Positions 17,038 to 29,084 of a DNA stretch of 64,000 bases are shown in pieces (the stretch's first letter is position 1; each line of letters opens with the position of its first letter). The position numbers and the translations under genes were made by a program. A model generated the notes under the pieces. That model saw only the letters and a program-made list of their open reading frames with translations. It did no database searches and was not told the origin of the DNA. Source of the stretch: Nitrospiraceae bacterium (GTDB lineage Bacteria > Nitrospirota > Nitrospiria > Nitrospirales > Nitrospiraceae); assembly GCA_050246315.1 (NCBI GenBank), contig JBFWWG010000005.1, positions 224,001-288,000 of the forward strand, given 5' to 3'.

Positions 17038-17327
17038 GCGAAAAATTGCATCAAGTGCTCATTCGTCCCCTGCTGACCGAAAAGGTGACCGCCCTGAGAG
17101 AGTCTCGCAATACGATCGCGTTCGTGGTGAGCGCGCGGGCGAATCGCGTGGAGGTCAGGCGAGCGGTTGAGTCTCTGTTGAAGGTCAAGGTTGAGCGGGT
17201 CAATATCTTGAATGTGATGGGAAAGGTGAAGCGATTGGGGCGCTTCGTGGGCAAGCGACAGGACTGGAAAAAAGCCCTGGTGACGTTGAAGCCAGGCGAA
17301 AAGCTCGAATTGTACGAGAGCGTCTGA
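17034..17327 (+). CDS. rplW: 50S ribosomal protein L23
   Basis: [14 protein letters not shown]; position in S10 operon. Confidence 0.97.
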   Translation: MSEKLHQVLIRPLLTEKVTALRESRNTIAFVVSARANRVEVRRAVESLLKVKVERVNILNVMGKVKRLGRFVGKRQDWKKALVTLKPGEKLELYESV

Positions 17328-17352
17328 TCACAGTACTTCTAATAGGTTGACA

Positions 17353-18180
17353 ATGGCGTTACGAATCTATCAACCCACTTCCCCTGGTCGCCGTGGAATG
17401 ACGACCCTTACCGGTGAGGAATTATCGAAAAAGCGCCCGGAGAAGGCATTGACGGTCTTCCTCCACCGGACTGCAGGACGAAACTCAGACGGACATCAGA
17501 CTCTCCGATTCCGGGGATCTGGCCACAAGCGTCTGTATCGGAAAATTGACTTTAAGCGGAACAAGCTTGGGATTCCAGCCAAGGTCGTGGCCATAGAGTA
17601 CGATCCAAACCGATCGGCGCGCATCGCGCTCTTGCAATATCGTGACGGGGAAAAGCGGTATATCGTCGCTCCAGACGGTCTTGGGGTGGGCCACACTGTC
17701 GAAGCCGGCCCTGCGGTAGAAGTGCGGGTTGGAAATGCGTTGCCCTTGGCGAATATGCCGCTGGGCACCACGGTTCACAATATCGAGTTGCGCCCTGGGA
17801 AGGGCGGTCAGTTGATCCGGAGCGCTGGCAGTTTTGCTCAAGTCATGGGGCGGGACGGTGGCTATGTGCAAATTCGGTTGAAGTCTGGTGAGATGCGGAA
17901 GGTATTGGGGACTTGCATGGCGACCGTCGGGCAGGTTGGGAATTTGGACCACGAGAATATCGCTGTCGGGAAGGCGGGTCGATCCCGGTGGCTGGGGAGA
18001 CGCCCGCATGTGCGGGGAGTGGTCATGAATCCGGTGGATCACCCGCATGGCGGCGGCGAAGGAAAATCCGGCCAGGGAAATCCGCATCCGGTTTCCCCCT
18101 GGGGGCTTCCCACCAAGGGGTATAAGACGCGGAAAAACAAATCGACCGAAAAATTCATCATTGCCCGGCGGAAGAAGTAG
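17353..18180 (+). CDS. rplB: 50S ribosomal protein L2
   Basis: [29 protein letters not shown]. Confidence 0.99.
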   Translation: MALRIYQPTSPGRRGMTTLTGEELSKKRPEKALTVFLHRTAGRNSDGHQTLRFRGSGHKRLYRKIDFKRNKLGIPAKVVAIEYDPNRSARIALLQYRDGEKRYIVAPDGLGVGHTVEAGPAVEVRVGNALPLANMPLGTTVHNIELRPGKGGQLIRSAGSFAQVMGRDGGYVQIRLKSGEMRKVLGTCMATVGQVGNLDHENIAVGKAGRSRWLGRRPHVRGVVMNPVDHPHGGGEGKSGQGNPHPVSPWGLPTKGYKTRKNKSTEKFIIARRKK

Positions 18181-18194
18181 GGCGGAGGAACAGG

Positions 18195-18482
18195 ATGCCG
18201 AGATCAGTCGCGAAAGGCGCGTTTGTCGATGGGCATTTGCTCAAGAAGGTTGAGCAAATGAATGCATCGCGGGACAAGAGACTTATCAAGACGTGGTCGC
18301 GTCGATCTACGGTGATTCCAGATATGATCGGACATACCTTCGCGGTTCATAATGGGAAGAAGTTTGTTCCGGTCTATGTAACCGAAAATATGGTCGGACA
18401 CAAACTGGGAGAGTTCTCTCCGACGCGATTTTTCAAAGGACACGGACAGGCCAAGACGGAGAAGGCCGTTCCGCTAAAGTAG
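18195..18482 (+). CDS. rpsS: 30S ribosomal protein S19
   Basis: [20 protein letters not shown]. Confidence 0.99.
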   Translation: MPRSVAKGAFVDGHLLKKVEQMNASRDKRLIKTWSRRSTVIPDMIGHTFAVHNGKKFVPVYVTENMVGHKLGEFSPTRFFKGHGQAKTEKAVPLK

Positions 18483-18493
18483 GGATTGTCGAG

Positions 18494-18847
18494 ATGGCTG
18501 AAGCAAAAGCAGTGCTCCGGTACGTGCGGGTTTCACCTCGGAAGGCTAGGCCGGTCGTGGATCTGATTCGCGGCCAACAAGTGCCGAAGGCGCTGGCATT
18601 ATTGGGTCACACGCCGCGAGCCGCAGCCAAAGTCGTGGAAAAGCTGTTGCGCTCGGCCGTGTCGAATGCCGAACAGAAGAATATCGACGATGCGGAGAAC
18701 CTTTGGGTATCCCGCGCGTTTGTCAATGGGGGACCCATTCTGAAGCGATTTCGTTCACGTTCGATGGGTCGCGCGAATTCGATTCATAAGCGAACCAGCC
18801 ACATTACGATTGTCGTCGGCCCCAAGGGGAAAACGGTACCGGCCTGA
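18494..18847 (+). CDS. rplV: 50S ribosomal protein L22
   Basis: [21 protein letters not shown]. Confidence 0.98.
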   Translation: MAEAKAVLRYVRVSPRKARPVVDLIRGQQVPKALALLGHTPRAAAKVVEKLLRSAVSNAEQKNIDDAENLWVSRAFVNGGPILKRFRSRSMGRANSIHKRTSHITIVVGPKGKTVPA

Positions 18848-18906
18848 CCGGATTGCAGGCGCGAGTCTTGGGCTGCGCCGCCATGCTTTAACGTAGAGAA
18901 GGGTGT

Positions 18907-19593
18907 ATGGGACAGAAATCTCATCCGTACGGATTGCGCCTGGGCTATAGCACCAACTGGACGTCTCGCTGGTATGCCTCGAAGGAGTATGCGCGGCTGC
19001 TGCATCAGGACATCCGGATCAAGCGAATGGTCAAGGACCGGCTGTACCACGCCGGTGTGGCAAGGGTCGAGATCGAACGGTCGGGAGACCAAACTCGTGT
19101 CATTATCCACACGGCTCGCCCTGGCATTATCATCGGTCGCAAGGGGGCAGAGGTCGACAAGCTCAAGGCGGCGATCGAAAAGCAATACGGCGGGCAGGTC
19201 TATATCAATGTGAAGGAGATCAAGAAGCCGGAGCTTGACGCCCAACTGGTCAGTGAAAATATCGCCACACAATTGGAAAAGCGGGTGGCGTTTCGACGGG
19301 CCATGAAGCGCAGCGTCGCTGCGGCGCTTCGCCTGGGCGCGCAAGGGATCAAGATTTCCTGTGCCGGTCGTCTGGCCGGCGCTGAAATCGCCAGGACCGA
19401 ATGGTATCGAGAAGGGCGCGTGCCGTTGCATACGCTGCGAGCCGACATCGAATACGGCTTTGCCGAGGCAAAAACCACCATGGGGCAGATTGGCGTCAAG
19501 ACGTGGATTTATAAGGGGGAGGTCGTTCCATCGCAGCAAGGTAAGGCTGAGCTCGGACTGGCTCGTCCAGATGGTCGGGCGGTGACGCTGTAG
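18907..19593 (+). CDS. rpsC: 30S ribosomal protein S3
   Basis: [32 protein letters not shown]. Confidence 0.99.
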   Translation: MGQKSHPYGLRLGYSTNWTSRWYASKEYARLLHQDIRIKRMVKDRLYHAGVARVEIERSGDQTRVIIHTARPGIIIGRKGAEVDKLKAAIEKQYGGQVYINVKEIKKPELDAQLVSENIATQLEKRVAFRRAMKRSVAAALRLGAQGIKISCAGRLAGAEIARTEWYREGRVPLHTLRADIEYGFAEAKTTMGQIGVKTWIYKGEVVPSQQGKAELGLARPDGRAVTL

Positions 19594-19636
19594 CACGGGG
19601 TATTGATCGTCGTGGTCGTGTGAGATCGGGGGGATC

Positions 19637-20056
<420 letters not shown>

Positions 20057-20070
20057 GGGGACGCGACGCC

Positions 20071-20274
20071 ATGGAAGCCAAGGATATACGCGGACTGACC
20101 GACGAAGAGCTGCGGGAAAAGGAAGGCCAGTTGCAGCAGGAACTGTTCAACTATCGGTTCCAGATGGCCACGGGGCGATTGGAAAATCTGATGCTGGTCC
20201 GGAAGACCAGGAGGGACTTGGCACGCGTCAAGGGTATTCGCCGTGAGGCGGCGTTAGCCAAGAAGGCGCCGTAG
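20071..20274 (+). CDS. rpmC: 50S ribosomal protein L29
   Basis: ELFNYRFQMATG, RRDLARVK; synteny. Confidence 0.97.
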   Translation: MEAKDIRGLTDEELREKEGQLQQELFNYRFQMATGRLENLMLVRKTRRDLARVKGIRREAALAKKAP

Positions 20275-20300
20275 TCGTGAATACCGAATCGAGAAGGACG

Positions 20301-20570
20301 ATGGACACAACGGAGAAGGACACATCCGGGCGGCGCGAGTGTATCGGGCACGTCATCAGCAACAAAATGATGAAGACCGTCGTGGTGGGAGTGCAGCGAA
20401 CCGTCACGCACCCCAAGTATCACAAGGTTATGCGACGGGTGACTAAGCTGAAGGCCCATGACGAACAGGGAGAATGCCAGGTCGGCGACATCGTACGATT
20501 GGTGGAAACGCGACCGATCAGCAAGCATAAACACTGGCGTGTGATCGGGGTCGTGTCCAGGCGAGGATAA
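20301..20570 (+). CDS. rpsQ: 30S ribosomal protein S17
   Basis: KMMKTVVV, HPKY, ETRPISKHKHW; start could be GTG 20277. Confidence 0.96.
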   Translation: MDTTEKDTSGRRECIGHVISNKMMKTVVVGVQRTVTHPKYHKVMRRVTKLKAHDEQGECQVGDIVRLVETRPISKHKHWRVIGVVSRRG

Positions 20571-20612
20571 GCGAGGCGTATTGATGTCGGTGAATCGGGG
20601 ATCGAGCGCGAG

Positions 20613-20981
20613 ATGATTCAGAATTATACATATATGGATGTGGCGGATAATTCCGGCGCCAGGCAGGTAATGTGTTTTCACGTCCTGGGCGGCTCCGGCC
20701 GACGATACGGATCGCTGGGGGATGTCGTTGTGGTAGCCGTCAAGGAGGCTATTCCGCAGGCCTCAGTGAAGAAGGGTGATGTTAGTCGAGCGGTCATTGT
20801 GCGGACGACCAAGGGCGTACGCCGGGAGGATGGCTCCTACATCAAATTTGATCGGAACGCCTGTGTGCTGATCAATGCCCAGGGCGAGCCGATCGGGACG
20901 CGCATCTTCGGGCCGGTTGCTCGCGAGCTGCGCTGGAAGAAATTCATGAAGATCATTTCGTTGGCTCCGGAAGTGTTGTAA
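20613..20981 (+). CDS. rplN: 50S ribosomal protein L14
   Basis: [29 protein letters not shown]. Confidence 0.99.
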   Translation: MIQNYTYMDVADNSGARQVMCFHVLGGSGRRYGSLGDVVVVAVKEAIPQASVKKGDVSRAVIVRTTKGVRREDGSYIKFDRNACVLINAQGEPIGTRIFGPVARELRWKKFMKIISLAPEVL

Positions 20982-21004
20982 TGCTCGGGAGAGGACGGCT
21001 CGGG

Positions 21005-21334
21005 ATGCAGGCGTTGAAGAAATCTCGGATCAGAAAAGGGGATACCGTCGTGGTGGTCTCCGGTCGTGAACGGGGCAAGAGCGGCAAGGTTCTCTCGGTT
21101 CACCCGGGAACGGCCAAGGTCTTGGTGGAGAAGCTCAACATGATTAAGCGGCACACGAAGCCGAACCCGAAGGTGCGCCAGGGCGGGATTGTCGAACGTG
21201 AAGCGCCGCTGCCGATTTCGAACGTCATGTTGCTCTGTCCGGTGACGCAGAAGCCGACGCGCGTGGGTCTTAAGGTCATGGATGACGGCCGACGCGTGCG
21301 GGTGAGCAAGCAATCTAAGCAGGCGATTGAATAG
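21005..21334 (+). CDS. rplX: 50S ribosomal protein L24
   Basis: [27 protein letters not shown]; alternative start 20981. Confidence 0.96.
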   Translation: MQALKKSRIRKGDTVVVVSGRERGKSGKVLSVHPGTAKVLVEKLNMIKRHTKPNPKVRQGGIVEREAPLPISNVMLLCPVTQKPTRVGLKVMDDGRRVRVSKQSKQAIE

Positions 21335-21336
21335 CC

Positions 21337-22020
21337 ATGAACCCGAAAGATACTCAAAAAGGCAAGTCGACAAAGCCCGCGGGGGGAAAACCGGTGGCTG
21401 GGAAGCCGTCGGCTGGTCGTAAGAAGGAGCCGGCTATAGCGCCGGCAGAGACCGAATCCACCCCGGATAGCCAAGCCGCGCGATCGCGAGTGGTGGAGCG
21501 TTACAAGGAACAGGTCGTGCCGGCACTGATCAAGGAGTTCAGCTATACGAATCCCATGCAGGTGCCCCGCCTGAGTCGGATTGTCCTCAATGTCGGAATG
21601 GGGGAGGCGATCCAGAACGTCAAGCTGCTGGAGAGCGCCGCCACCGAGTTGGGAATCATCACCGGACAGCGGCCAGTGATCACTCGGGCCAAGAAGGCCA
21701 TCGCCGGATTCAAGCTTAGACAGGGCATGCCGATCGGCGTCAAGGTCACGCTGCGCGCCAAGCGCATGTACGAATTCTTCGACCGCTTGGTCAGCGTCGC
21801 CCTTCCACGTATTCGTGATTTTCGCGGAGTGTCGACCAAGGCCTTCGACGGTCGTGGAAATTATACGCTTGGGTTGAAGGAGCAATTGATATTCCCCGAG
21901 ATCCAATATGACTCGGTGGCTTCAATCCACGGTATGGATATCACGTTCGTGACGACGGCCAAGACCAACGACGAAGGGAAGGCCTTGCTCAGGCAGATGG
22001 GAATCCCGTTCCGTACGTAG
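21337..22020 (+). CDS. rplE: 50S ribosomal protein L5 with long N-terminal extension
   Basis: [30 protein letters not shown]. Confidence 0.97.
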   Translation: MNPKDTQKGKSTKPAGGKPVAGKPSAGRKKEPAIAPAETESTPDSQAARSRVVERYKEQVVPALIKEFSYTNPMQVPRLSRIVLNVGMGEAIQNVKLLESAATELGIITGQRPVITRAKKAIAGFKLRQGMPIGVKVTLRAKRMYEFFDRLVSVALPRIRDFRGVSTKAFDGRGNYTLGLKEQLIFPEIQYDSVASIHGMDITFVTTAKTNDEGKALLRQMGIPFRT

Positions 22021-22089
22021 GGAGCGGGTGCGGGTGGAATCATGGGGGCGAGGGACGATAGTCGCTCCCGGTGAACGGAGGACAAGGGC

Positions 22090-22275
22090 GTGGCGAGACT
22101 AGCGCTGAAATTGAAGGCGGCGAGAGACCCCAAGTTCAAGGTGCGGTCGTATCACCGCTGTCCCCTCTGCGGCCGAGTGCGGGGCTATTTGAATCGGTTT
22201 GAAATGTGCCGCATTTGCTTCCGATTTCTGAGTCTGAGGGGAGAGGTCCCCGGCGTCCGAAAGTCAAGTTGGTGA
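22090..22275 (+). CDS. rpsZ: 30S ribosomal protein S14, zinc-binding (type Z) form
   Basis: 61 aa; CPLCGR...[14 protein letters not shown]. Confidence 0.97.
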   Translation: MARLALKLKAARDPKFKVRSYHRCPLCGRVRGYLNRFEMCRICFRFLSLRGEVPGVRKSSW

Positions 22276-22318
22276 GCGGGGGATCGCGAACCACATTCAT
22301 GCGAGGTGAGAGCTTCTG

Positions 22319-22714
22319 ATGGTCACAGACCCAATTGCAGATCTATTGAATCGAATACGAAACGCGGCTCAGCGGGGTCATGATGCAGTGGTGATTCCTG
22401 CTTCGAGGATGAAGGGCGAGATTTTGCGAATCCTCAAAGAAGAGGGATTCATCGGTCCGTTTGAAAAATCCGAAGCGGGCGGACATCCGGCCTTCAAGAT
22501 CGAGTTGCGCTATGTCGAGCAGGGTCGACCCGTCATCGCGGGCACCACGCGCATCAGCCGGCCGGGCCGAAGGGTGTACGTTGGCAAACTGGAGGTTCCC
22601 AGGACCCGCGGAGGTTTGGGTGTGACCATTCTGTCGACATCCAAAGGGGTCATGACGGAGCGAGAGTGTCGTCGTGCGGGGCTGGGTGGAGAGGTACTCT
22701 GCTCGGTGTGGTAG
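22319..22714 (+). CDS. rpsH: 30S ribosomal protein S8
   Basis: DPIADLLNRIRNA, SRPGRRVY, STSKGVMT, GGEVLC. Confidence 0.99.
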   Translation: MVTDPIADLLNRIRNAAQRGHDAVVIPASRMKGEILRILKEEGFIGPFEKSEAGGHPAFKIELRYVEQGRPVIAGTTRISRPGRRVYVGKLEVPRTRGGLGVTILSTSKGVMTERECRRAGLGGEVLCSVW

Positions 22715-22759
22715 TGAGTCAGCGTGTCGCACCAGGTCGTGGAGTAGAAAGAGATCCTT

Positions 22760-23296
22760 ATGTCACGAATCGGGAAAAAGATTCTACAGATTCCAACCGG
22801 CGTTGATGTGAAGGTTGCCGGCAACGCGGTCACCGTAAAGGGGCCGTTGGGACAATTGACCTGGCCGCTTGCCCAGGGTCTCTCTGTGGCTGTACAGGAC
22901 AACAAGCTCAACGTGAGTCGGCAGAGCGACGAACGAAATATTCGAGCGATGCACGGGCTGACCAGGGCGGAGTTGGGCAATATGGTGACCGGGGTGACCA
23001 AAGGATATGAGAAAACCCTGGAGATCAACGGCGTGGGGTACAAAGCTCAGTTGCAAGGCAAGACGATGAGCTTCAACGTGGGATATATCAATCCGGTTGA
23101 ATTTCCGCTTCCGACGGGGATCGACGCGAAAATCGATAAGCAGACGGTGATCACCCTTCGTGGAATCGACAAGCGGCTGGTCGGGCAGGTGGCGGCGAAA
23201 TTGCGCGCGATCAAGCCGCCAGACGTGTATAAGCAGAAGGGAATTAAATACGCTGGTGAAGCGCTTCGCAAGAAGGAAGGCAAGACCGGAAAGTAG
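22760..23296 (+). CDS. rplF: 50S ribosomal protein L6
   Basis: [28 protein letters not shown]. Confidence 0.98.
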   Translation: MSRIGKKILQIPTGVDVKVAGNAVTVKGPLGQLTWPLAQGLSVAVQDNKLNVSRQSDERNIRAMHGLTRAELGNMVTGVTKGYEKTLEINGVGYKAQLQGKTMSFNVGYINPVEFPLPTGIDAKIDKQTVITLRGIDKRLVGQVAAKLRAIKPPDVYKQKGIKYAGEALRKKEGKTGK

Positions 23297-23307
23297 GAGA
23301 GCGTCCC

Positions 23308-23673
23308 ATGTTCAGCGCAAAGAAGACCGAGACTCTTGAGCGCCGTCGTCAGCGCATTCGCAAGCGGATCTTTGGGACGGAGGCAAGGCCTCGGCTCAGT
23401 GTGTATCGAAGCCGAAGCCATATCTACGCTCAGATCATCAATGATATGACGGGGCGAACGCTGGTGTCAGCCTCAACGGTGGACGCGACATTGAAACAAT
23501 CACTTAAGTCCACGGGGACCATCGAGGCAGCAAGGGCGGTCGGGCTCTTGCTGGCAGAACGGGCGAAGGCCGCTCAACTCGGAATGGTGGTATTTGACCG
23601 CGGCGGACGACCGTACCATGGACGCATCAAGGCACTGGCCGATGCATCTCGCGAGGGTGGGCTCCAATTTTAG
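23308..23673 (+). CDS. rplR: 50S ribosomal protein L18
   Basis: [24 protein letters not shown]. Confidence 0.98.
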   Translation: MFSAKKTETLERRRQRIRKRIFGTEARPRLSVYRSRSHIYAQIINDMTGRTLVSASTVDATLKQSLKSTGTIEAARAVGLLLAERAKAAQLGMVVFDRGGRPYHGRIKALADASREGGLQF

Positions 23674-23759
23674 GGGTTCAAAGTCCGTGACGACGGACCA
23701 TCATGAAAACCGGCCAGACCACCGACTCTCTGACTGCGTACTGAGAAGGGGAATCACAC

Positions 23760-24272
23760 TTGGCACGAATTAATGCCGACGAATTGAGCCTGAAGGATAA
23801 GGTCATTTTTATCAACCGTGTCGCTAAGGTCGTCAAAGGCGGGAAGCGCTTCAACTTTTGTGCGCTTGTGGCGGTTGGTGATGGGCAGGGATGGGTGGGA
23901 ATTGGCAAGGGAAAGGCTGCAGAGGTGCCGGCAGCCATTTCCAAGGCCGTTGAGCAGGCCAAGAAGCACCTCGTACGAATTCCCGTTTTGAAAGACACGA
24001 TTCCGCATGAAGTGGAAGGACGATTCGGCGCGGAACATATTATCTTCAAGCCGGCCGCCCCCGGGACCGGCATCATCGCGGGCGGCGCCGTGCGTATCAT
24101 CGTCGAGCTCGCCGGTGTGCGTAATATCATCGCCAAGACATTGGGAAGAGGCAATCCCTTTAATGCGGTTCGGGCGGCGCTAAATGGACTGACGCAGTTG
24201 CGCAATCCAGACGAAGTGTTCCGAATTCGCCGCGGTCAGACAGAAGCCCACGCGGCCGTGACCGTTGGCTGA
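23760..24272 (+). CDS. rpsE: 30S ribosomal protein S5 (TTG start)
   Basis: NRVAKVVKGGKRF, PGTGIIAGG. Confidence 0.98.
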   Translation: MARINADELSLKDKVIFINRVAKVVKGGKRFNFCALVAVGDGQGWVGIGKGKAAEVPAAISKAVEQAKKHLVRIPVLKDTIPHEVEGRFGAEHIIFKPAAPGTGIIAGGAVRIIVELAGVRNIIAKTLGRGNPFNAVRAALNGLTQLRNPDEVFRIRRGQTEAHAAVTVG

Positions 24273-24286
24273 GACGAGGTGAGAAC

Positions 24287-24493
24287 GTGGCAGAACCGAA
24301 GAGTTCGGCGCAGAAACAGAAATTGGTCATCACGCTGAAGCGAAGCATGATCGGTACGCCTCTGCGTCATCGCCTGGTTCTGCGCGGGTTGCGCTTACGG
24401 CGGCCGAATCAGTCGGTGACACTTCCGGACACGGCGCAGGTGAGAGGTATGATCCAGAAGGTCAATTACCTTCTTGAGGTGACGCATCAATGA
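24287..24493 (+). CDS. rpmD: 50S ribosomal protein L30
   Basis: ITLKRSMIG, VRGMIQKV; between rpsE and rplO. Confidence 0.95.
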   Translation: MAEPKSSAQKQKLVITLKRSMIGTPLRHRLVLRGLRLRRPNQSVTLPDTAQVRGMIQKVNYLLEVTHQ

Positions 24494-24939
24494 AGCTTTT
24501 TGAACTAGCTCCGGCAGCAGGAGCGACCAAACGACGGAAGCGTATTGGACGAGGGCCGGGCTCAGGTCATGGGAAGACCTCCACGAAAGGACATAAGGGC
24601 TTGCTCGCCCGTTCGGGAGGAGGGAAGCAACCGGGATTCGAAGGCGGGCAAATGCCGCTCATTCGCCGGGTGCCGAAGTTCGGATTCCGGAATCCCACGC
24701 GCATCGAGTACGCGGTGGTGAATTTGGATGTCTTATCTCGGCTGTCGGCTGGGGATCCAGTCACGCCGCAGATGTTGGTTGAGGTTGGGCTGGTCAAACA
24801 GAAGACCTGGCCGATCAAGATCTTGGGTAACGGTGAACTCACTCGGCCTCTTGTGATTCAGGCGCACAAGTTCAGCAAGTCCGCCGAAGCAAAGATCCAG
24901 GCGGCTGGTGGGAGGGCTGAGGTCATCCGAGGTGTTTGA
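24490..24939 (+). CDS. rplO: 50S ribosomal protein L15
   Basis: [27 protein letters not shown]. Confidence 0.98.
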   Translation: MKLFELAPAAGATKRRKRIGRGPGSGHGKTSTKGHKGLLARSGGGKQPGFEGGQMPLIRRVPKFGFRNPTRIEYAVVNLDVLSRLSAGDPVTPQMLVEVGLVKQKTWPIKILGNGELTRPLVIQAHKFSKSAEAKIQAAGGRAEVIRGV

Positions 24940-26245
24940 GCGACTTCTCACAAGCTTCCACAACATTCTCAAGATTCCCGAGCTACGGACGCGTATCCTG
25001 TTTACGCTGGGGATGCTCGTCGTCTATCGCATCGGGGCCCATATCCCGACGCCGGGGATCAACAATGACGAACTCGCCAAGTTCCTGATTGAGAAGGGAG
25101 GCTCACTACTCGGATTTCTCGATATCTTTTCCGGGGGCGCCCTCTCGAGGCTGACGATCTTTGCGCTGGGGATCATGCCCTACATCAGCGCATCGATCAT
25201 ACTACAGTTGCTGACGGTGGTGATTCCCCATCTGGCAAAATTGGCGAAAGAAGGAGAGCGAGGGCGGAAGAAAATCATCCAATACACGCGGTTCGGCACA
25301 ATCGGCATTGCTCTGATCCAGGGGTTCGGCATCGCCATCGGGTTGGAGGGCATGAACCAGGGTGCTTTCGTGCTCAATCCCGGGTGGAGCTTTCGGTTGA
25401 TGACGGTGATTACGCTCACTGCCGGCACAGGCTTTCTGATGTGGCTGGGTGAACAGATTACCGAGCGAGGCATTGGGAACGGGATCTCCCTAATCATTTT
25501 CGCGGGGATTGTGGCGCGTCTCCCGAGCGCTGTGGCCCAGACATACGACTTGTATCAGGTCGGCCAGTTGAACTTCTTCGTCCTGCTATTGCTCGGCCTG
25601 ATCATGTTGGCCGTCGTCGGTGCGATTGTGTTCTTGGAAAGCGGGCGACGGAAAATCCCCGTGCAATACGCCAAAAGGGTGGTCGGCCGTCGGGTGTATG
25701 GCGGGCAGAGCACACATATTCCGTTGAAGATCAATACGGCAGGAGTGATTCCGCCGATTTTTGCGTCCTCCTTGATTGCGTTTCCAGCGACTATTGCCGG
25801 ATTCATTCAGGTGCCGTGGGTGCAATCGATTGGGGGGCAATTGGCTCCCGGGTCCGTGCTGTACACGCTGCTCTATGTGGGGTTGATCGTGTTCTTCTGT
25901 TTCTTTTATACGGCGGTGGTGCTCAACCCCGTCGATATGGCGGACAACATGAAGAAGTATGGCGGGTTTATCCCCGGCATTCGGCCCGGGCAGAACACTT
26001 CGGACTTCATTTACAAGGTATTGACACGGATCACGTTCGCGGGCGCCATTTATCTGGCGGTGGTGTGCGTGATCCCCGAGATCCTGATTTACCGGTTGAA
26101 CGTACCGTTTTATTTCGGTGGCACGTCGTTGCTGATTGTCATTGGTGTCGGCCTGGATACCGCTCAGCAAATCGAGTCGCACATGCTCATGAGAAATTAT
26201 GAAGGGTTTCTCGGCGGTCATAAACCGTTGCCGGGACGGCGATAG
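24932..26245 (+). CDS. secY: Preprotein translocase subunit SecY
   Basis: [47 protein letters not shown] start overlaps rplO. Confidence 0.98.
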   Translation: MFERLLTSFHNILKIPELRTRILFTLGMLVVYRIGAHIPTPGINNDELAKFLIEKGGSLLGFLDIFSGGALSRLTIFALGIMPYISASIILQLLTVVIPHLAKLAKEGERGRKKIIQYTRFGTIGIALIQGFGIAIGLEGMNQGAFVLNPGWSFRLMTVITLTAGTGFLMWLGEQITERGIGNGISLIIFAGIVARLPSAVAQTYDLYQVGQLNFFVLLLLGLIMLAVVGAIVFLESGRRKIPVQYAKRVVGRRVYGGQSTHIPLKINTAGVIPPIFASSLIAFPATIAGFIQVPWVQSIGGQLAPGSVLYTLLYVGLIVFFCFFYTAVVLNPVDMADNMKKYGGFIPGIRPGQNTSDFIYKVLTRITFAGAIYLAVVCVIPEILIYRLNVPFYFGGTSLLIVIGVGLDTAQQIESHMLMRNYEGFLGGHKPLPGRR

Positions 26246-26277
26246 ACGGATCGGTAGGGACGGACGGACACGAAATC

Positions 26278-26934
26278 ATGCGAGTCGTCTTCTTGGGTGC
26301 GCCGGGGGTCGGGAAGGGAACGCAGGCCGATCGGATCGCGGCGCAATCCAATCAACCAAAGATTTCAACCGGGGATCTCCTGCGCGAGGCAGTGAAGAAG
26401 CAGACGGCGCTGGGAGTTCAAGCCAAGTCGTACATGGATCGGGGTGCCCTGGTTCCCGATGACGTGGTCATCGGCATGGTGCGGGAGAAGCTCGGCGAGC
26501 CGGTCTGCGCGAGTGGCTTCATTTTGGACGGCTTCCCGCGCACGGTGGCTCAAGGAGAAGCGTTACACCGGTTGCTGGAGGACAAGGGGATGGCGCTCGA
26601 TCGGGTGGTAAACTTCTCCGTCCCGGTTGGCGAGATCGTCAAGCGGTTGAGTGGGCGCCGCAGTTGCGGCAAGTGTCAAGCGGTGTACCACGTGGATTTT
26701 TCACCGCCTCGGGTCGCGGAGATCTGTGATCGTTGCGGGGCCGCCCTGATCCAGCGTAATGATGACAAGCCGGAAACCGTCGATGCGCGACTGCGTGTGT
26801 ATGAGGAGCAGACGGCGCCATTGATTCAGTATTATCAGGGGAAGCATCTTCTGGCGGGTCTTGATGGTTCCGGTTCCGTCGAGGTTGTGAGTGAGCGCCT
26901 CCAGCGCGTGCTGGGTCCGCTGATGCATACATGA
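26278..26934 (+). CDS. adk: Adenylate kinase (Zn-type LID, CxxC...CxxC)
   Basis: GAPGVGKGTQA, STGDLLR, LDGFPRT, CGKC...CDRC. Confidence 0.98.
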   Translation: MRVVFLGAPGVGKGTQADRIAAQSNQPKISTGDLLREAVKKQTALGVQAKSYMDRGALVPDDVVIGMVREKLGEPVCASGFILDGFPRTVAQGEALHRLLEDKGMALDRVVNFSVPVGEIVKRLSGRRSCGKCQAVYHVDFSPPRVAEICDRCGAALIQRNDDKPETVDARLRVYEEQTAPLIQYYQGKHLLAGLDGSGSVEVVSERLQRVLGPLMHT

Positions 26935-27707
26935 TCATCTTAAAGACCGCCGGTGAAATCGAAACCATGGCAGAGGCATCTCGGGTGGTGGCTGAAACGC
27001 TTGAGGTGCTCAAACAAGAGGTCAGGCCGGGTATCACCACCGAGCATCTTGATCGGATCGCCGAAGAGAATATCCGGGTGAGGGGGGCGCGCCCTGCGTT
27101 CAAGGGATATCGCAACTATCCAAGGACGCTGTGCGCGTCCGTGAATCATGAGGTGGTACACGGGATTCCGTCGAAGCGGATGCTCAAGGATGGGGACATC
27201 ATCGGGTTGGATCTTGGCGCGATCGTGGAGGGATTTTACGGCGATTCGGCGGTGACGGTCGCAGTGGGAGTCGTCGATCCGGCCGTCGAACGGCTGATCC
27301 GCGTGACCGAGGCGGCGCTGTACGCCGGGATCGAGCATGCACTGGTTGGCAACCGCTTGTCGGATATTTCCCACGCCGTGCAAGCTTGTGTCGAGTCTGC
27401 GGGATATTCCGTCGTGACGGATTTCGTGGGACACGGGATTGGTCGGCAATTACATGAGGAGCCGCAGGTGCCGAACTACGGACAGCCTGGGCAAGGTCTC
27501 CGATTGAAATGGGGCATGGTGCTGGCAATCGAGCCGATGGTTAATGCGGGCGGCAGCGCGGTGCGGGTACTGGACGATCAATGGACCGCCGTCACGGTGG
27601 ATGGAAGCCTGTCTGCTCACTTCGAGCACACCATTGCCATTCAGCCGAGCGGTCCAGCCCGCGTGCTTTCACAGGTGTCAGGAGATCGGGTGCACAGCAA
27701 GGCCTGA
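26931..27707 (+). CDS. map: Methionine aminopeptidase type I
   Basis: VVHGIP, GDIIGLD, GHGIG..LHEEP, AIEPM, SAHFEHT. Confidence 0.98.
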   Translation: MIILKTAGEIETMAEASRVVAETLEVLKQEVRPGITTEHLDRIAEENIRVRGARPAFKGYRNYPRTLCASVNHEVVHGIPSKRMLKDGDIIGLDLGAIVEGFYGDSAVTVAVGVVDPAVERLIRVTEAALYAGIEHALVGNRLSDISHAVQACVESAGYSVVTDFVGHGIGRQLHEEPQVPNYGQPGQGLRLKWGMVLAIEPMVNAGGSAVRVLDDQWTAVTVDGSLSAHFEHTIAIQPSGPARVLSQVSGDRVHSKA

Positions 27708-27723
27708 AGGAGGCATCACGAGC

Positions 27724-27942
27724 GTGTCCAAAGAAGATGTCATCGAGGTGCAGGGCACGGTCTCCGAGACCCTTCCGAATGCGATGTTCCGTGTGGAGCT
27801 GGAGAACGGACACAAGATTTTGGCTCATATTTCAGGAAAGATGCGGATGCACTTCATCCGGATTCTACCGGGAGACAAGGTCACCGTGCAGCTCTCGCCG
27901 TACGACCTGACGCGCGGACGAATTACGTATCGCTTCAAATGA
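27724..27942 (+). CDS. infA: Translation initiation factor IF-1
   Basis: GTG start; [28 protein letters not shown]. Confidence 0.98.
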   Translation: MSKEDVIEVQGTVSETLPNAMFRVELENGHKILAHISGKMRMHFIRILPGDKVTVQLSPYDLTRGRITYRFK

Positions 27943-27995
27943 CGAGAATCGAGCCGGTGTCAAGAAGCCAGGCTGGATCAGGAAAGTAGGGTGGT

Positions 27996-28109
27996 ATGAA
28001 GGTGAAGTCGTCGGTGAAACCCATCTGTTCCAAGTGTAAAGTCGTGCGTCGGCGCGGGGTGGTACGTGTCCTGTGTGAGAATCCCCGGCACAAACAACGG
28101 CAAGGTTAA
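27996..28109 (+). CDS. rpmJ: 50S ribosomal protein L36 (not in ORF track)
   Basis: Translated by hand: [37 protein letters not shown]. Confidence 0.98.
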   Translation: MKVKSSVKPICSKCKVVRRRGVVRVLCENPRHKQRQG

Positions 28110-28198
28110 CATGAAGTGCTGAGCGATGAGTGCTGAGTTCTGGTAGAGCCAAGCCGGCGACACAGAACACCCTCTCAACACTCAGCCCTGGAGGAAGT

Positions 28199-28588
28199 AT
28201 GGCTCGAATCGCTGGAGTGGATCTACCGCGCGAAAAGCGCACGGATGTCGGGTTGACCTATATTTACGGAATCGGCCGCGCGGCCTCCCGGGCGATACTC
28301 GCCAAGGCGGGCGTCGACGGGACCATTCGAGTCAAGGATCTCACGGAAGACAAGATTATCAAGTTACGCGAGGTTATTGAGCGCGAGCAGAAGGTCGAGG
28401 GCGATCTCCGCAAGGAGGTTGCGATGAATATCAAGCGGTTGGTCGATACCGGAACCTATCGAGGCCTGCGTCATCGGAAGGGGTTGCCGGTTCGCGGCCA
28501 ACGGACCAAGACCAATGCAAGAACCCGTAAGGGGCGGCGCTCGTCCGCAGGCAGTAAACCCAAAAAGCTGACTCCTGCCGGTGCGTAG
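28199..28588 (+). CDS. rpsM: 30S ribosomal protein S13
   Basis: [36 protein letters not shown]. Confidence 0.99.
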   Translation: MARIAGVDLPREKRTDVGLTYIYGIGRAASRAILAKAGVDGTIRVKDLTEDKIIKLREVIEREQKVEGDLRKEVAMNIKRLVDTGTYRGLRHRKGLPVRGQRTKTNARTRKGRRSSAGSKPKKLTPAGA

Positions 28589-28621
28589 CCGGGCGGCGTG
28601 AGCGATGACAAGGATTGATCA

Positions 28622-29005
28622 ATGAGCGTCAAGAAGGGCAAAAAGAAAGAGCGCAAGGTCGTACAGAGCGGCGTGGCGCATATTCAAGCTTCCTTCAATA
28701 ACACCATCGTGACCATAACCGACATGACGGGCAACACGGTCGTGTGGTCCAGCGCCGGGAATCAAGGGTTCAAGGGGTCGCGGAAGAGCACCCCGTTCGC
28801 CGCGCAGCGAGCCGGCGAGGCGGCAGCCCGGAAGGCGATGGAAAACGGCATGCGTCAGGTGGATGTCTATGTGAACGGACCAGGAGCCGGACGTGAGTCG
28901 GCTATCCGAGCGCTTCAGGGTGCCGGCATGCGGATTAACCTGATTCGGGATGTGACGCCAATCCCTCACAATGGGTGCCGGCCGCCGAAGCGCAGACGCG
29001 TGTAA
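28622..29005 (+). CDS. rpsK: 30S ribosomal protein S11
   Basis: [31 protein letters not shown]. Confidence 0.99.
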   Translation: MSVKKGKKKERKVVQSGVAHIQASFNNTIVTITDMTGNTVVWSSAGNQGFKGSRKSTPFAAQRAGEAAARKAMENGMRQVDVYVNGPGAGRESAIRALQGAGMRINLIRDVTPIPHNGCRPPKRRRV

Positions 29006-29084
29006 CCGGCGAAGAGCCGGAGGCCCCGGACGGAGAGAAGTCCACTGCGGATGAGTGTTCATTCTCAAGCAACGAGGTGATGTC

